From a virus: a stretch of DNA of 52,030 bases. The notes under the pieces were generated by a model. That model was not told the DNA's origin. It worked only from the letters and a program-made list of their open reading frames with translations, and searched no databases. Made by a program: the position numbers and the translations under genes. Every line of letters starts with the position of its first letter. The first letter of the stretch is position 1. Positions 15,784 to 23,508 of the stretch are shown here, piece after piece. The DNA is taken from IMG/VR virus record IMGVR_UViG_3300018063_000006, positions 1-52,030 of that record; one strand, written 5' to 3'.

Positions 15784-16649
15784 TCCTCTTGTCGTGCGAC
15801 TTGTCGCAGATCGAGTCCCGCGTCGAACTGATGCTCGCTGCCGCGACACCTGAGTTCGAGGGCACCGACGTTGCCAAGGAGTGCGTACGCCTCGCGACCG
15901 CGCATCCCAGCGAGTTCGACATCCACACCTGGACCGCTGCGGTCGTGCTCGGCAAGAGCGAAGCCGACATCAGCGACATCGCGCCCGAAGGCGGCAGCGA
16001 GCCAAGCGATCGGCAGATCGGCAAGACAACCGGCCACGGCTTCATGCGCGGCATGGGCGCGCAGACGATGGCCGACGGGCTGCTGAAGATGGGATACGTC
16101 GTTACGCCGGAGACGTGCGCGCGGCGCCTCGGTCGACTTGCGGCGAAGCTGCCGGCGATCCCCGATGGCTACTTCCTCGACATCCGTCGGCAAGTCATGC
16201 GTTACCGCGGGCTGGCGACGACATGGGGCGCCATCTGGCGCTGCGACTATCGGCGACTCGAGGAGCATCTGTACGCAGTCGGGTATAGCTATCAGCCGCA
16301 GCGCGAGACGATTGACCTCATCAACCAAGAGGGCTTCTTGCCGCTTCGCAATGCGATTCACCTGCGTCGGCTCAACCCCGTCGAAGGTCGTCCCGCGCCG
16401 CGCATCCACATCCACGGCCACGACTCGCTGCTCATCAGCGTCCATCCTGATGATGCCTGGACCGTCGCTAACTTCATCGACCGCACGCTCGGCTGTTGCG
16501 AGCGGCGGTACGCTGCGGGGACGCTGCGGGTGCCGGTGACGTACGCGCTCGGAGAGACGTGGAAGGCCCGACACGAGCTGAATCGCCTTCCTGATAAGCG
16601 CGCGTTCCGCGACATGGCGTGGGACTGTGCAGCACACGCTACGAAGTAG
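15780..16649 (+). CDS. polA: Family-A DNA polymerase, C-terminal fragment (palm motifs A, B and C)
   Basis: Starts at GTG 15780. Motif A ILLSCDLSQIESRV, motif B RQIGKTTGHGFMRGMG, motif C HGHDSLL. Confidence 0.85.
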   Translation: MILLSCDLSQIESRVELMLAAATPEFEGTDVAKECVRLATAHPSEFDIHTWTAAVVLGKSEADISDIAPEGGSEPSDRQIGKTTGHGFMRGMGAQTMADGLLKMGYVVTPETCARRLGRLAAKLPAIPDGYFLDIRRQVMRYRGLATTWGAIWRCDYRRLEEHLYAVGYSYQPQRETIDLINQEGFLPLRNAIHLRRLNPVEGRPAPRIHIHGHDSLLISVHPDDAWTVANFIDRTLGCCERRYAAGTLRVPVTYALGETWKARHELNRLPDKRAFRDMAWDCAAHATK

Positions 16650-16687
16650 AAGGACTCTATGTGTGGATTTACGCCGAGGACACCGCG

Positions 16688-17677
16688 ATGAAGAAGCCGC
16701 CTGAGTGGTTGGTTGACGGGCTACTGACTGTCAGCAGCGTCAGTGCGCTCGTCAGCGCGCCCAACGTCGGCAAGACGTTCATCGCGCTCGATCTCGGCTT
16801 CAGCATCGCCGCCGGCGTTGACTGGCACGGCTACGGCGTTCGCCGCGGCGGCGTCGCCTACATCGCGAGCGAAGGCTACGGCGGGCTGACAAACCGCGTG
16901 CGCGCGTGGCGCGTGGACCGCGACATACCCCCGGGCGCTGACGTCGGGTTGTGGTTCTGGGACCGTGACATTCAGCTCGCCAACCGCGTACGGCGCGAGC
17001 AGTTTCGCGCTGACCTGCATGAGCTGAAGACGAAGATGGGCACGATGCCGATTCTAACCGTCATCGACACCCTCAACGGCTGCTTCATCGGTCAGGACGA
17101 GAACGCCGCCGGCTCGATGGGCGAGTTCCTGAGCGGGGTGAAGCTGGTTCAAGACGTCACCGGCGGCGCCGTGTTGATCCTGCACCACAGCGGATGGCGC
17201 AAGCGCGACGACAAGGGCCGGGTTGAAGACGAGCGCGAGCGCGGCAGCACGGCGCTGCGAGGCGCGGTCGACCTGATGATGCTGCTGCAACGCGGCCTTC
17301 GGCCTGGCGAGCTGGCGATCAAGTGTACGAAGAACCGCGAGGGCGAGCTGTGGGAGCCGCTTGCGCTTCAGCTTCGACAGGTCGAGATCGCCGATGGCAT
17401 CAGCTCGTGCGTCGTCGATGACGGCTCGTATGATGCCGAGACGGCGAGCCTGCCACCGCGGTGGCTGACCGCGATCCGCCGACTCGGGAAGTTCGGCGCC
17501 GAGGGCGCGACGTTCTCGCAGTGGCTCAACGCGAGCGGGCTGTCGCGAGACACGTTCGGCAATCGCATGCTGAAGCAGGCGATACAACGTGACCTCGTGG
17601 CGAAAGAAGGCGAGCGGTACGTGCTCAAAGTGCGTGAGGCGAATCCAACAGAATCACCTCAAAGGGAGGATGCGTAA
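16688..17677 (+). CDS. RepA/AAA_25-like RecA-fold replicative helicase with C-terminal wHTH-like domain (alternative GTG start at 16661)
   Basis: Walker A SAPNVGKT and Walker B ILTVIDTL. RGSTALRGAVD resembles the arginine-finger region. Confidence 0.7.
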   Translation: MKKPPEWLVDGLLTVSSVSALVSAPNVGKTFIALDLGFSIAAGVDWHGYGVRRGGVAYIASEGYGGLTNRVRAWRVDRDIPPGADVGLWFWDRDIQLANRVRREQFRADLHELKTKMGTMPILTVIDTLNGCFIGQDENAAGSMGEFLSGVKLVQDVTGGAVLILHHSGWRKRDDKGRVEDERERGSTALRGAVDLMMLLQRGLRPGELAIKCTKNREGELWEPLALQLRQVEIADGISSCVVDDGSYDAETASLPPRWLTAIRRLGKFGAEGATFSQWLNASGLSRDTFGNRMLKQAIQRDLVAKEGERYVLKVREANPTESPQREDA

Positions 17678-18493
17678 GTGGAACTTGTAACGCTCGACAC
17701 GGGCCGCGCGAAGTCTATCGTTGTCGCGCCCATTGGTGACTTTCAGTGGAGCGGCGCCAACGGCTCGACAGCGCAGGATCATCTCAAGCGCCACATTGAC
17801 CGCTGCCTCGCGCTCGACGCCTGGTTCCTCGGCATGGGCGATTACATCGACTTCATGTCGCCGAGCAACCGCGCACGGCAGAAGGCTGCGGGGCTGTACG
17901 ATACGGCCGAAGACGTACTCGAGGACGCAGCCGGCAGCCTGGTCAACGAAGTCTTTGAACGATTCCTGACGCCGACTGTAGGGCGCTGGATCGGCCTTCT
18001 CGAAGGCCATCACTTTTTCGAGTTCGGCGGCCGCACGAGCGACATGCTGCTCGCGGAGAAGCTGAAGACGAAGCATCTCGGATCGAGCTGTTTCGCGCAT
18101 CTAAAGCCGTGCGGTGTCACGCTTTGGGCGCACCACGGACAGGGCGGCGGCATGTTGCCAAGTGCCCCATTAAACAAGCTGTACCACGTCGCGGCGGGAC
18201 TTGAAGGTGCTGATGTATACCTGATGGGACACACAACTAAGGCATCCGCGGTGCGACTAAGTCGGCCACAACCTACGTGGGGCAAAACGTCTGACCTCGT
18301 GCATCGCGACATCTTCTTGGTGAACACGGGCGGCTTCAGCAAGTCGAGCGTGGTCGGGCACCGTCGCGGAAACATTCCGCGCGGCGACTATGCTGAGCAG
18401 GGAATGATGACGCCAAGTCCACTCAGGTCGCCGCTAGTATTAATCGACGCGGAGGCGAAGCGATTGGAAGATCGCGTGCAGGTGGAGCTGTGA
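17678..18493 (+). CDS. Calcineurin-like metallophosphoesterase (nuclease or phosphatase)
   Basis: Motif series IGDFQ, GMGDYID, EGHH, AHHG, MGHT. Confidence 0.7.
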   Translation: MELVTLDTGRAKSIVVAPIGDFQWSGANGSTAQDHLKRHIDRCLALDAWFLGMGDYIDFMSPSNRARQKAAGLYDTAEDVLEDAAGSLVNEVFERFLTPTVGRWIGLLEGHHFFEFGGRTSDMLLAEKLKTKHLGSSCFAHLKPCGVTLWAHHGQGGGMLPSAPLNKLYHVAAGLEGADVYLMGHTTKASAVRLSRPQPTWGKTSDLVHRDIFLVNTGGFSKSSVVGHRRGNIPRGDYAEQGMMTPSPLRSPLVLIDAEAKRLEDRVQVEL

Positions 18494-18496
18494 AGA

Positions 18497-18907
18497 GTGA
18501 CAAAAGCACAACGACGAGCCGCCTACGCGGCCCGAGAAAAGGAGAGAAAACGAAAATGGGACCGCAGTCCAAAAGGACGAGAATATCGCCATCAACAGCG
18601 TTACAATTGGTATCACAGCGCAAAAGGACAAGCGGCATATCGTCGAAACAGAGAAAAGCCAGAAGTGGTGGAACGATCGCGGCTATATCAACGAAAGTGG
18701 AGGATCAGGAATCCTCACTATCAGCGCCAATGGCACGCCAAGAATCCGCTCTACCAGTACCTACACGACTGCAATCGCGCTCTCCTTCGGCGCTTCGGAA
18801 TAAAGAGCATGAGAGCCTTCGATCAAATGGACTCAACTACACGACGGCAGCTCTGTGCGCGGATACTCCAGGACTTAGAGGCACGCACAAGGAAATCTTC
18901 AATCTAA
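18497..18907 (+). CDS. Basic Trp/Tyr-repeat protein resembling the N-terminal region of the HNH endonuclease at 33265..33774 but lacking the nuclease motif
   Basis: Repeats of the type RKW..NP / Y..W..KNP. Visibly lower-GC segment. GTG start. Confidence 0.45.
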   Translation: MTKAQRRAAYAAREKERKRKWDRSPKGREYRHQQRYNWYHSAKGQAAYRRNREKPEVVERSRLYQRKWRIRNPHYQRQWHAKNPLYQYLHDCNRALLRRFGIKSMRAFDQMDSTTRRQLCARILQDLEARTRKSSI

Positions 18908-19050
18908 TGACGAAGGTCGCAACTATGGCTTTCGCGAAAGGAAACCTCCGTGAGATGATTGCAGCAGGGGCCATCGCCGAACGCGCTGCTACCAATGGTG
19001 CGAAAGTTAACTCACCGCGTCTCGTACGTTCCCAAGGGAGACTGCCTTAA
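18907..19050 (+). CDS. Hypothetical mini-protein (47 aa)
   Basis: TAATG overlaps at both ends. Confidence 0.3.
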   Translation: MTKVATMAFAKGNLREMIAAGAIAERAATNGAKVNSPRLVRSQGRLP

Positions 19051-19502
19051 TGACCCGCCCATCAATCATCTACTGTAGCGGCCCGATAACGACCGGCGGC
19101 AACGTCCCGGTGAACGTGCGCCGCGGCATCGAAGCCGCAACGATCATCATGGATCGCGGGTACGTCGTCATCTGCCCGCACGAAAAGGCGTTCGGCATGG
19201 AGATGCTGAGCCCGAGGTCGTACGAGGACTGGATGGACTACGATTATCGGTGCATCGAGGCGTGCGACGCACTATATCGCATGCCTGAACCGAGCGTCGG
19301 CGGCGACCGCGAGGTCGCATACGCGCAGAAGATCGGGCGGCCGGTGTACTGGAGCTATGAGACGCTGTTCGCGGGAGTGCCGTTATTGCAGACGGTCGAC
19401 CGCAAGTGGGCGTATCCTACGACGCCGGCAAAGATGTGCTTTTCTTGCGGGCTGCTAGTGCTGCGCGAGGCCGACCACGTTGCGTGTCGGGGGGCGGCAT
19501 GA
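19050..19502 (+). CDS. Nucleoside 2-deoxyribosyltransferase-like (DUF4406-like) protein
   Basis: IYCSGPIT..N...N pattern, then CPH, then CDALYR...S.G...E...A....GRPVY. Confidence 0.5.
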   Translation: MTRPSIIYCSGPITTGGNVPVNVRRGIEAATIIMDRGYVVICPHEKAFGMEMLSPRSYEDWMDYDYRCIEACDALYRMPEPSVGGDREVAYAQKIGRPVYWSYETLFAGVPLLQTVDRKWAYPTTPAKMCFSCGLLVLREADHVACRGAA

Positions 19503-19957
19503 GCGCGCACGTTCCCATCGACGCGAAAGCCCGCAAGTCGATCCCGCTAGCAACCGGCGTCCTCGACTACTTCCCTGACGCGCTCCTCGCGGTGGCCGAG
19601 CTATCGCGCATTGGCAACGAGCAGCACAACCCTGGCGAGCCTCTTCATTGGGCGAAGGAAAAGTCGACGGACGAGGCCGATGCGTTGATGAGGCACCTCG
19701 TCGACCGCGGGAAGCTGGACACCGACGGTGTGCGGCATAGTACGAAGGTCGCATGGCGGGCGCTGGCACTGTTGCAGCGTGAGATCGACGCGGAGCGGAC
19801 ACCCATGCGGGTCGATACCGGAGGTGGGTTCATGCCTGCCGGTCGCATCATGCGAGTGAACCCGCATGGCATCCTCGTTCCGTTTCACGTGACCGCATAT
19901 AGTCGGAGCGACGCCGCGTGGGATCAGGTTCGTGGCTTTGGCATCACAGAGCGATGA
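19499..19957 (+). CDS. dATP/dGTP diphosphohydrolase-like (DUF5664-like) protein
   Basis: Pattern P.ALLAVAE....G...H......W......DAL.RHL......D.DG..H...VAWRALALL. Confidence 0.5.
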   Translation: MSAHVPIDAKARKSIPLATGVLDYFPDALLAVAELSRIGNEQHNPGEPLHWAKEKSTDEADALMRHLVDRGKLDTDGVRHSTKVAWRALALLQREIDAERTPMRVDTGGGFMPAGRIMRVNPHGILVPFHVTAYSRSDAAWDQVRGFGITER

Positions 19958-20058
19958 GAAACAAGGTCATCGAGACGTCGTGGCTCGACTTCGTCGTTGC
20001 CTTCACGATCGCACTCGTACTGCTGTACGCAGCCCTGACTCCGCTGCCAGCGCCGTGA
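19954..20058 (+). CDS. Small membrane protein (34 aa)
   Basis: ATGA overlap. Hydrophobic FVVAFTIALVLLYAAL. Overlaps the 3' end of the convergent vWA gene. Confidence 0.4.
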   Translation: MRNKVIETSWLDFVVAFTIALVLLYAALTPLPAP

Positions 20059-20764
20059 GGACGTCAACGATCGCCGTCGCGAGGTCGCTGCCGCTTGCAT
20101 CCGTCTCTACGTAGACGCCGCGGCTCAGCTCGGCGACTTCGCGCAACAGCCCTGCCTGGTCGTCGTAGTCGCCGCCCGTCGGCACGAAGACGCTCGCGAT
20201 GTGGATGCCGAGGCCGCGGGCCTGCGCGCCGAGCGCTCGGGCGTGCGTGACCGACGCGGGGCTCGAGACGATGTCGAACCCGCTCGGCGGCGCGTCGGTC
20301 ACGAGCACGATGAGATGGTAGACGCCGGGGCGCCAAACGCCTATGAAGTTTCCGCTCTGGAAGCCAATCGGGCGCTGCGAAGCGCGAAGTCGATGCACGA
20401 CCGTGTTGAGTGCTTCGTCCCACGACTCAGGGTTGCCGACGCCCTGGAATTGCGTCGAGAGCCTATCGAGATGTTGACGTACGCTGACGCTGTTATCGAG
20501 CGCCAGATCGTTCATCACGATGACTTGCTGATCGCGGAAGGTCACGAGGCCAAGCTGGAGGTTGCTCTCGCTTATCGCGATGGCCGCGTCGAGGATCGTC
20601 TGCGCACCAGTTCGCACCGACGCGATGGCATCTCGCATGCTGCTCGTGGCATCAAGGACGAAGACGAGGTCAAGCGGGCCAGGAAGCGGAGCATCGCCCC
20701 CGCCTTCGCTCAAGGTGCCGAACGGCCCCCATTCGATGCGCAGCTCGACATTCAGCTGTAACAC
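20003..20764 (-). CDS. von Willebrand factor A (vWA) domain protein (253 aa)
   Basis: MIDAS motif DLVFVLDATSS. Downstream LIVLVTDA. High GC3. GTG start. Confidence 0.75.
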   Translation of the reverse strand: MLQLNVELRIEWGPFGTLSEGGGDAPLPGPLDLVFVLDATSSMRDAIASVRTGAQTILDAAIAISESNLQLGLVTFRDQQVIVMNDLALDNSVSVRQHLDRLSTQFQGVGNPESWDEALNTVVHRLRASQRPIGFQSGNFIGVWRPGVYHLIVLVTDAPPSGFDIVSSPASVTHARALGAQARGLGIHIASVFVPTGGDYDDQAGLLREVAELSRGVYVETDASGSDLATAIVDVLTALAAESGLRTAVRVRS

Positions 20765-20794
20765 ATGCTATCCCGGCGGCCGGAGGTGAGTGCG

Positions 20795-21232
20795 ATGAAG
20801 ATGCTGCTAGCTGTAGGGGTAGCTGTGCTCGCGATGGCAGTCGAAGGCGAGGCGAAGCGGTACGTCGGCACGGGCGCGCTCGGCTCGACAGTGACGATCG
20901 CGCGCGTGCGCTGGAAGCCGCTCGCCTGCACGACGATGACGCCGTGCTGGACGCTGCGCGCGAAGTATCGCTGCCGCGGCGAAGTGTGCCCGAGTCCGCG
21001 CCCGGGAAAGCTGCTCGCCGAGATGCGCCACGCGGGCGACTTCGGCGGCGTGTTGACGTTCGGGGATGGGGCCATGTGTACGGTCGCTGGGTCGCTCACG
21101 AATCGTGGCCTCGGTGGCGGGCTATGGGAGACGGACCTGCCGAAGCGAGCCCCGCGTATGACGTTCGCGCTCGAGTGCGGCAGCGCGGACGGCGACCACT
21201 ACGGCTTCATTGGGGAGACGCCGGCGCCATAG
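20795..21232 (+). CDS. Secreted protein (145 aa)
   Basis: ATG sits behind GGAGGTGA. Signal-like MKMLLAVGVAVLAMAVEGEA. High GC3 on the plus strand. Confidence 0.6.
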   Translation: MKMLLAVGVAVLAMAVEGEAKRYVGTGALGSTVTIARVRWKPLACTTMTPCWTLRAKYRCRGEVCPSPRPGKLLAEMRHAGDFGGVLTFGDGAMCTVAGSLTNRGLGGGLWETDLPKRAPRMTFALECGSADGDHYGFIGETPAP

Positions 21233-21243
21233 AAGCAAGTGCA

Positions 21244-21444
21244 ATGCCGGACACTAAGGTAATTCGATGGGGCATGCCGTATCCAAACGGACCATTTTTT
21301 CGTGAAGCGTTTGAGTTCGCCTGTCGACAACGTGACCTCTATCCATACGTGTTCCGTAACGATACGAAAGGTCGGCTGTTGCTCGAAGAAGCGCTTGCCG
21401 CGGCACTAGCCGCATTGATAATAAAAACTGAAACTACGGAATAA
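21244..21444 (+). CDS. Hypothetical protein (66 aa), low-GC
   Basis: ATG 21244, in frame with ORF 20944..21444. The 3' end overlaps the convergent late gene by 11 nt. Confidence 0.45.
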   Translation: MPDTKVIRWGMPYPNGPFFREAFEFACRQRDLYPYVFRNDTKGRLLLEEALAAALAALIIKTETTE

Positions 21445-23506
21445 CCGGCTCGCGTTCCTGCGTTCGCACGCTACCGCGGCCCGCCGCGGGCACGCTGGCG
21501 AGGAACTCGTCGATCGCGTTCTGCTCCTCAATCTGCTTCGCGGCAATCGCTAGGCGGCTGATGAGCGAGCCGGCAATCTTGGCCGTCGGCGGTGTCTTTA
21601 CGGCCATCATCAGCAAGCGCGCGGTCGGCTTGCGGGTCAGCATCTCGGCGAAGACGCTCGGCGAAATCAGGGTCGTAGCAATCGTGCCGAGAGCTGCGGG
21701 TATAAATCCCGTCGCCGCCGCAGTAACTACAGCGGCGAGCAATGCCGAGCCCTGCGTGAGCTGAATCAGCATCGTTCCGCCGCCGCCGGCTTCGCCCGCC
21801 TGCTTCTCGATCGTCCGCAGCGCGTCGCCGAAGTGGACGAGGTTGCGACGTACGACAGGGTCGGGGAATGCTGCGGTGAAGCGCGCCTCGGCCTGGCCGC
21901 CTTTGCCGACGAGTGAGTCGAGCAGCTTGGCTCCGCTAATGTTGCCTTGCTGATCGGTCGCGTCGGCGAACGCGCGACTGACGTAGCGACGCTGAAGAGC
22001 CTTCATCTCGGGAGAGTCGGCGCCCAGCGCGCGGACAGTCGCCTTCGCAGTGTTCTCGTTAGCGAAGACGCGAGTGACCAGCTCGTCGGCGCCTGCGCCG
22101 CCGCCACGCACGCCGAGCTTCGCCGGGTCGCTGATGCGCACGAGGCGCTTCAAGAAGGCCGAGTCTGTCGTCGCCATGCGTTCCTTGACGAGTGCGTTGG
22201 ATTCACGCCAGAGCTTGATCGTCTCAGGGTCCTTGACGTTCGTCTCGATGAGCTGATCGACTTCGTGGATCAGCTTATTGATGGTGCGCAGCATGCCCTT
22301 CGGCACCCGCTCGCCGAGCTGCGTTCCGCGCTTCTGTTCGAGCAGGCTGGAACGAAGTTCTGCAAGGTCACTGACAGTCGTCGTCTGCGGTATATCGAGC
22401 ACGCGCTCAGCCAGTGGCACGCCTTCGCGCGCGGCGCCGACATGGCCGCGTCGTTCCGAGCCCTCGACGATCGACTTCGCGATGGCGCGCAGCTTCCCGG
22501 TCTGCGCGATGATGTGACCAGCGCGATCCTCGAACTGCTTGCGCAGCCCGGTGCTCGTCAGCATCGCCGCGGCGTTGCGACCCTGAACGCCAGCGACGAA
22601 GACGTCGGCGATCGCCGAGGGCTCGAGGTTCGGTGCGATCTCGTTGAGGAAGTCATCAGCAACCTGCTTGAGGCCCTCGCGGCGCGAAGCGAAGTAGCGC
22701 TGCATGCGCCCGCGAGAGAAGAAGCCGCCTTCGGCGATGTTCTGGGTGAGGTCGAGTAGCGCAGAGTCGCTCGACTCAGCCGGCGTGAGCGCCAGGTTGA
22801 TACCCGTCTTTCGCAGTCGAGGCTCGAGGAAGGCACGCGCTGCGGCTGCCTCGGCCGTCTCGCGCGTGGCGCCAGTGGCAAGTGCTGTAGGGACGCCGAT
22901 ACTGAGAGCTGCACCAGCGCGACCAACGGCTGCGCCGGCGCCAGCGGTGCCCGCAGCGGTCGCCAGCTCTGCGGCACCGCCCTCACCGAGCACAGGCTGC
23001 CCCGCCACGACGCGCTTGACGGCTCGCCCGGCCGCACCCCCTAGGGCAGCGCCGCCGAGGGCTCCGCCGGGCACTGGCGACGCCGCGCCGGCTAGCTCAC
23101 CTGCTGCGCCAAGTAGGAACTCAGGGTCCGTAGCAGCCTGCACAGCAAGCGAAGCTGGGCTCACGGGCTCGCCGCCGGGGGTCAGCGGCCGGGCGCCTGC
23201 GCCGGCGGCCGCTTGCGCACGACCGACCATGCCCGGCTCGGGCGTCGCACCGATGCTCTCGGGGCTCGTTGCGAGCGCAGCCGCACGCTGCATGATCTCT
23301 ACGTCGGACGTGCCTGGCGGCGCCGTTAGGCGGTAGCGCTTCCCGTCGGGGCCGACGAGATCGAACGCTCGAGGAGCGTCGGGCGCCGGTGAAGGCGCAG
23401 CGGCGACTTCGCTTCCCATCATCGCTTGCGCCCACTCTGGCACGGCAAGCGTCCCGCGAGGCGTCTGAACGTCCACGTTCTCGTTGATGTTAACTGTTCG
23501 CGGCAC
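21434..23506 (-). CDS. Large virion internal/ejection-type protein (start uncertain; GTG 23506 chosen)
   Basis: Last gene of the late operon. Ala/Gly-rich N-terminal region and C-terminal hydrophobic helices (ALLAAVVTAAATGFIPAALGTIATTLI). Confidence 0.45.
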   Translation of the reverse strand: MPRTVNINENVDVQTPRGTLAVPEWAQAMMGSEVAAAPSPAPDAPRAFDLVGPDGKRYRLTAPPGTSDVEIMQRAAALATSPESIGATPEPGMVGRAQAAAGAGARPLTPGGEPVSPASLAVQAATDPEFLLGAAGELAGAASPVPGGALGGAALGGAAGRAVKRVVAGQPVLGEGGAAELATAAGTAGAGAAVGRAGAALSIGVPTALATGATRETAEAAAARAFLEPRLRKTGINLALTPAESSDSALLDLTQNIAEGGFFSRGRMQRYFASRREGLKQVADDFLNEIAPNLEPSAIADVFVAGVQGRNAAAMLTSTGLRKQFEDRAGHIIAQTGKLRAIAKSIVEGSERRGHVGAAREGVPLAERVLDIPQTTTVSDLAELRSSLLEQKRGTQLGERVPKGMLRTINKLIHEVDQLIETNVKDPETIKLWRESNALVKERMATTDSAFLKRLVRISDPAKLGVRGGGAGADELVTRVFANENTAKATVRALGADSPEMKALQRRYVSRAFADATDQQGNISGAKLLDSLVGKGGQAEARFTAAFPDPVVRRNLVHFGDALRTIEKQAGEAGGGGTMLIQLTQGSALLAAVVTAAATGFIPAALGTIATTLISPSVFAEMLTRKPTARLLMMAVKTPPTAKIAGSLISRLAIAAKQIEEQNAIDEFLASVPAAGRGSVRTQEREPVIP

Positions 23507-23508
23507 GA

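Noticed and set aside
20765-21099. Minus-strand ORF 20752..21099 as a continuation of the late operon toward the vWA gene
   Set aside because: The plus-strand frame has an SD (GGAGGTGA), a signal peptide and high GC3. The minus-strand translation is low-complexity and shadow-like.
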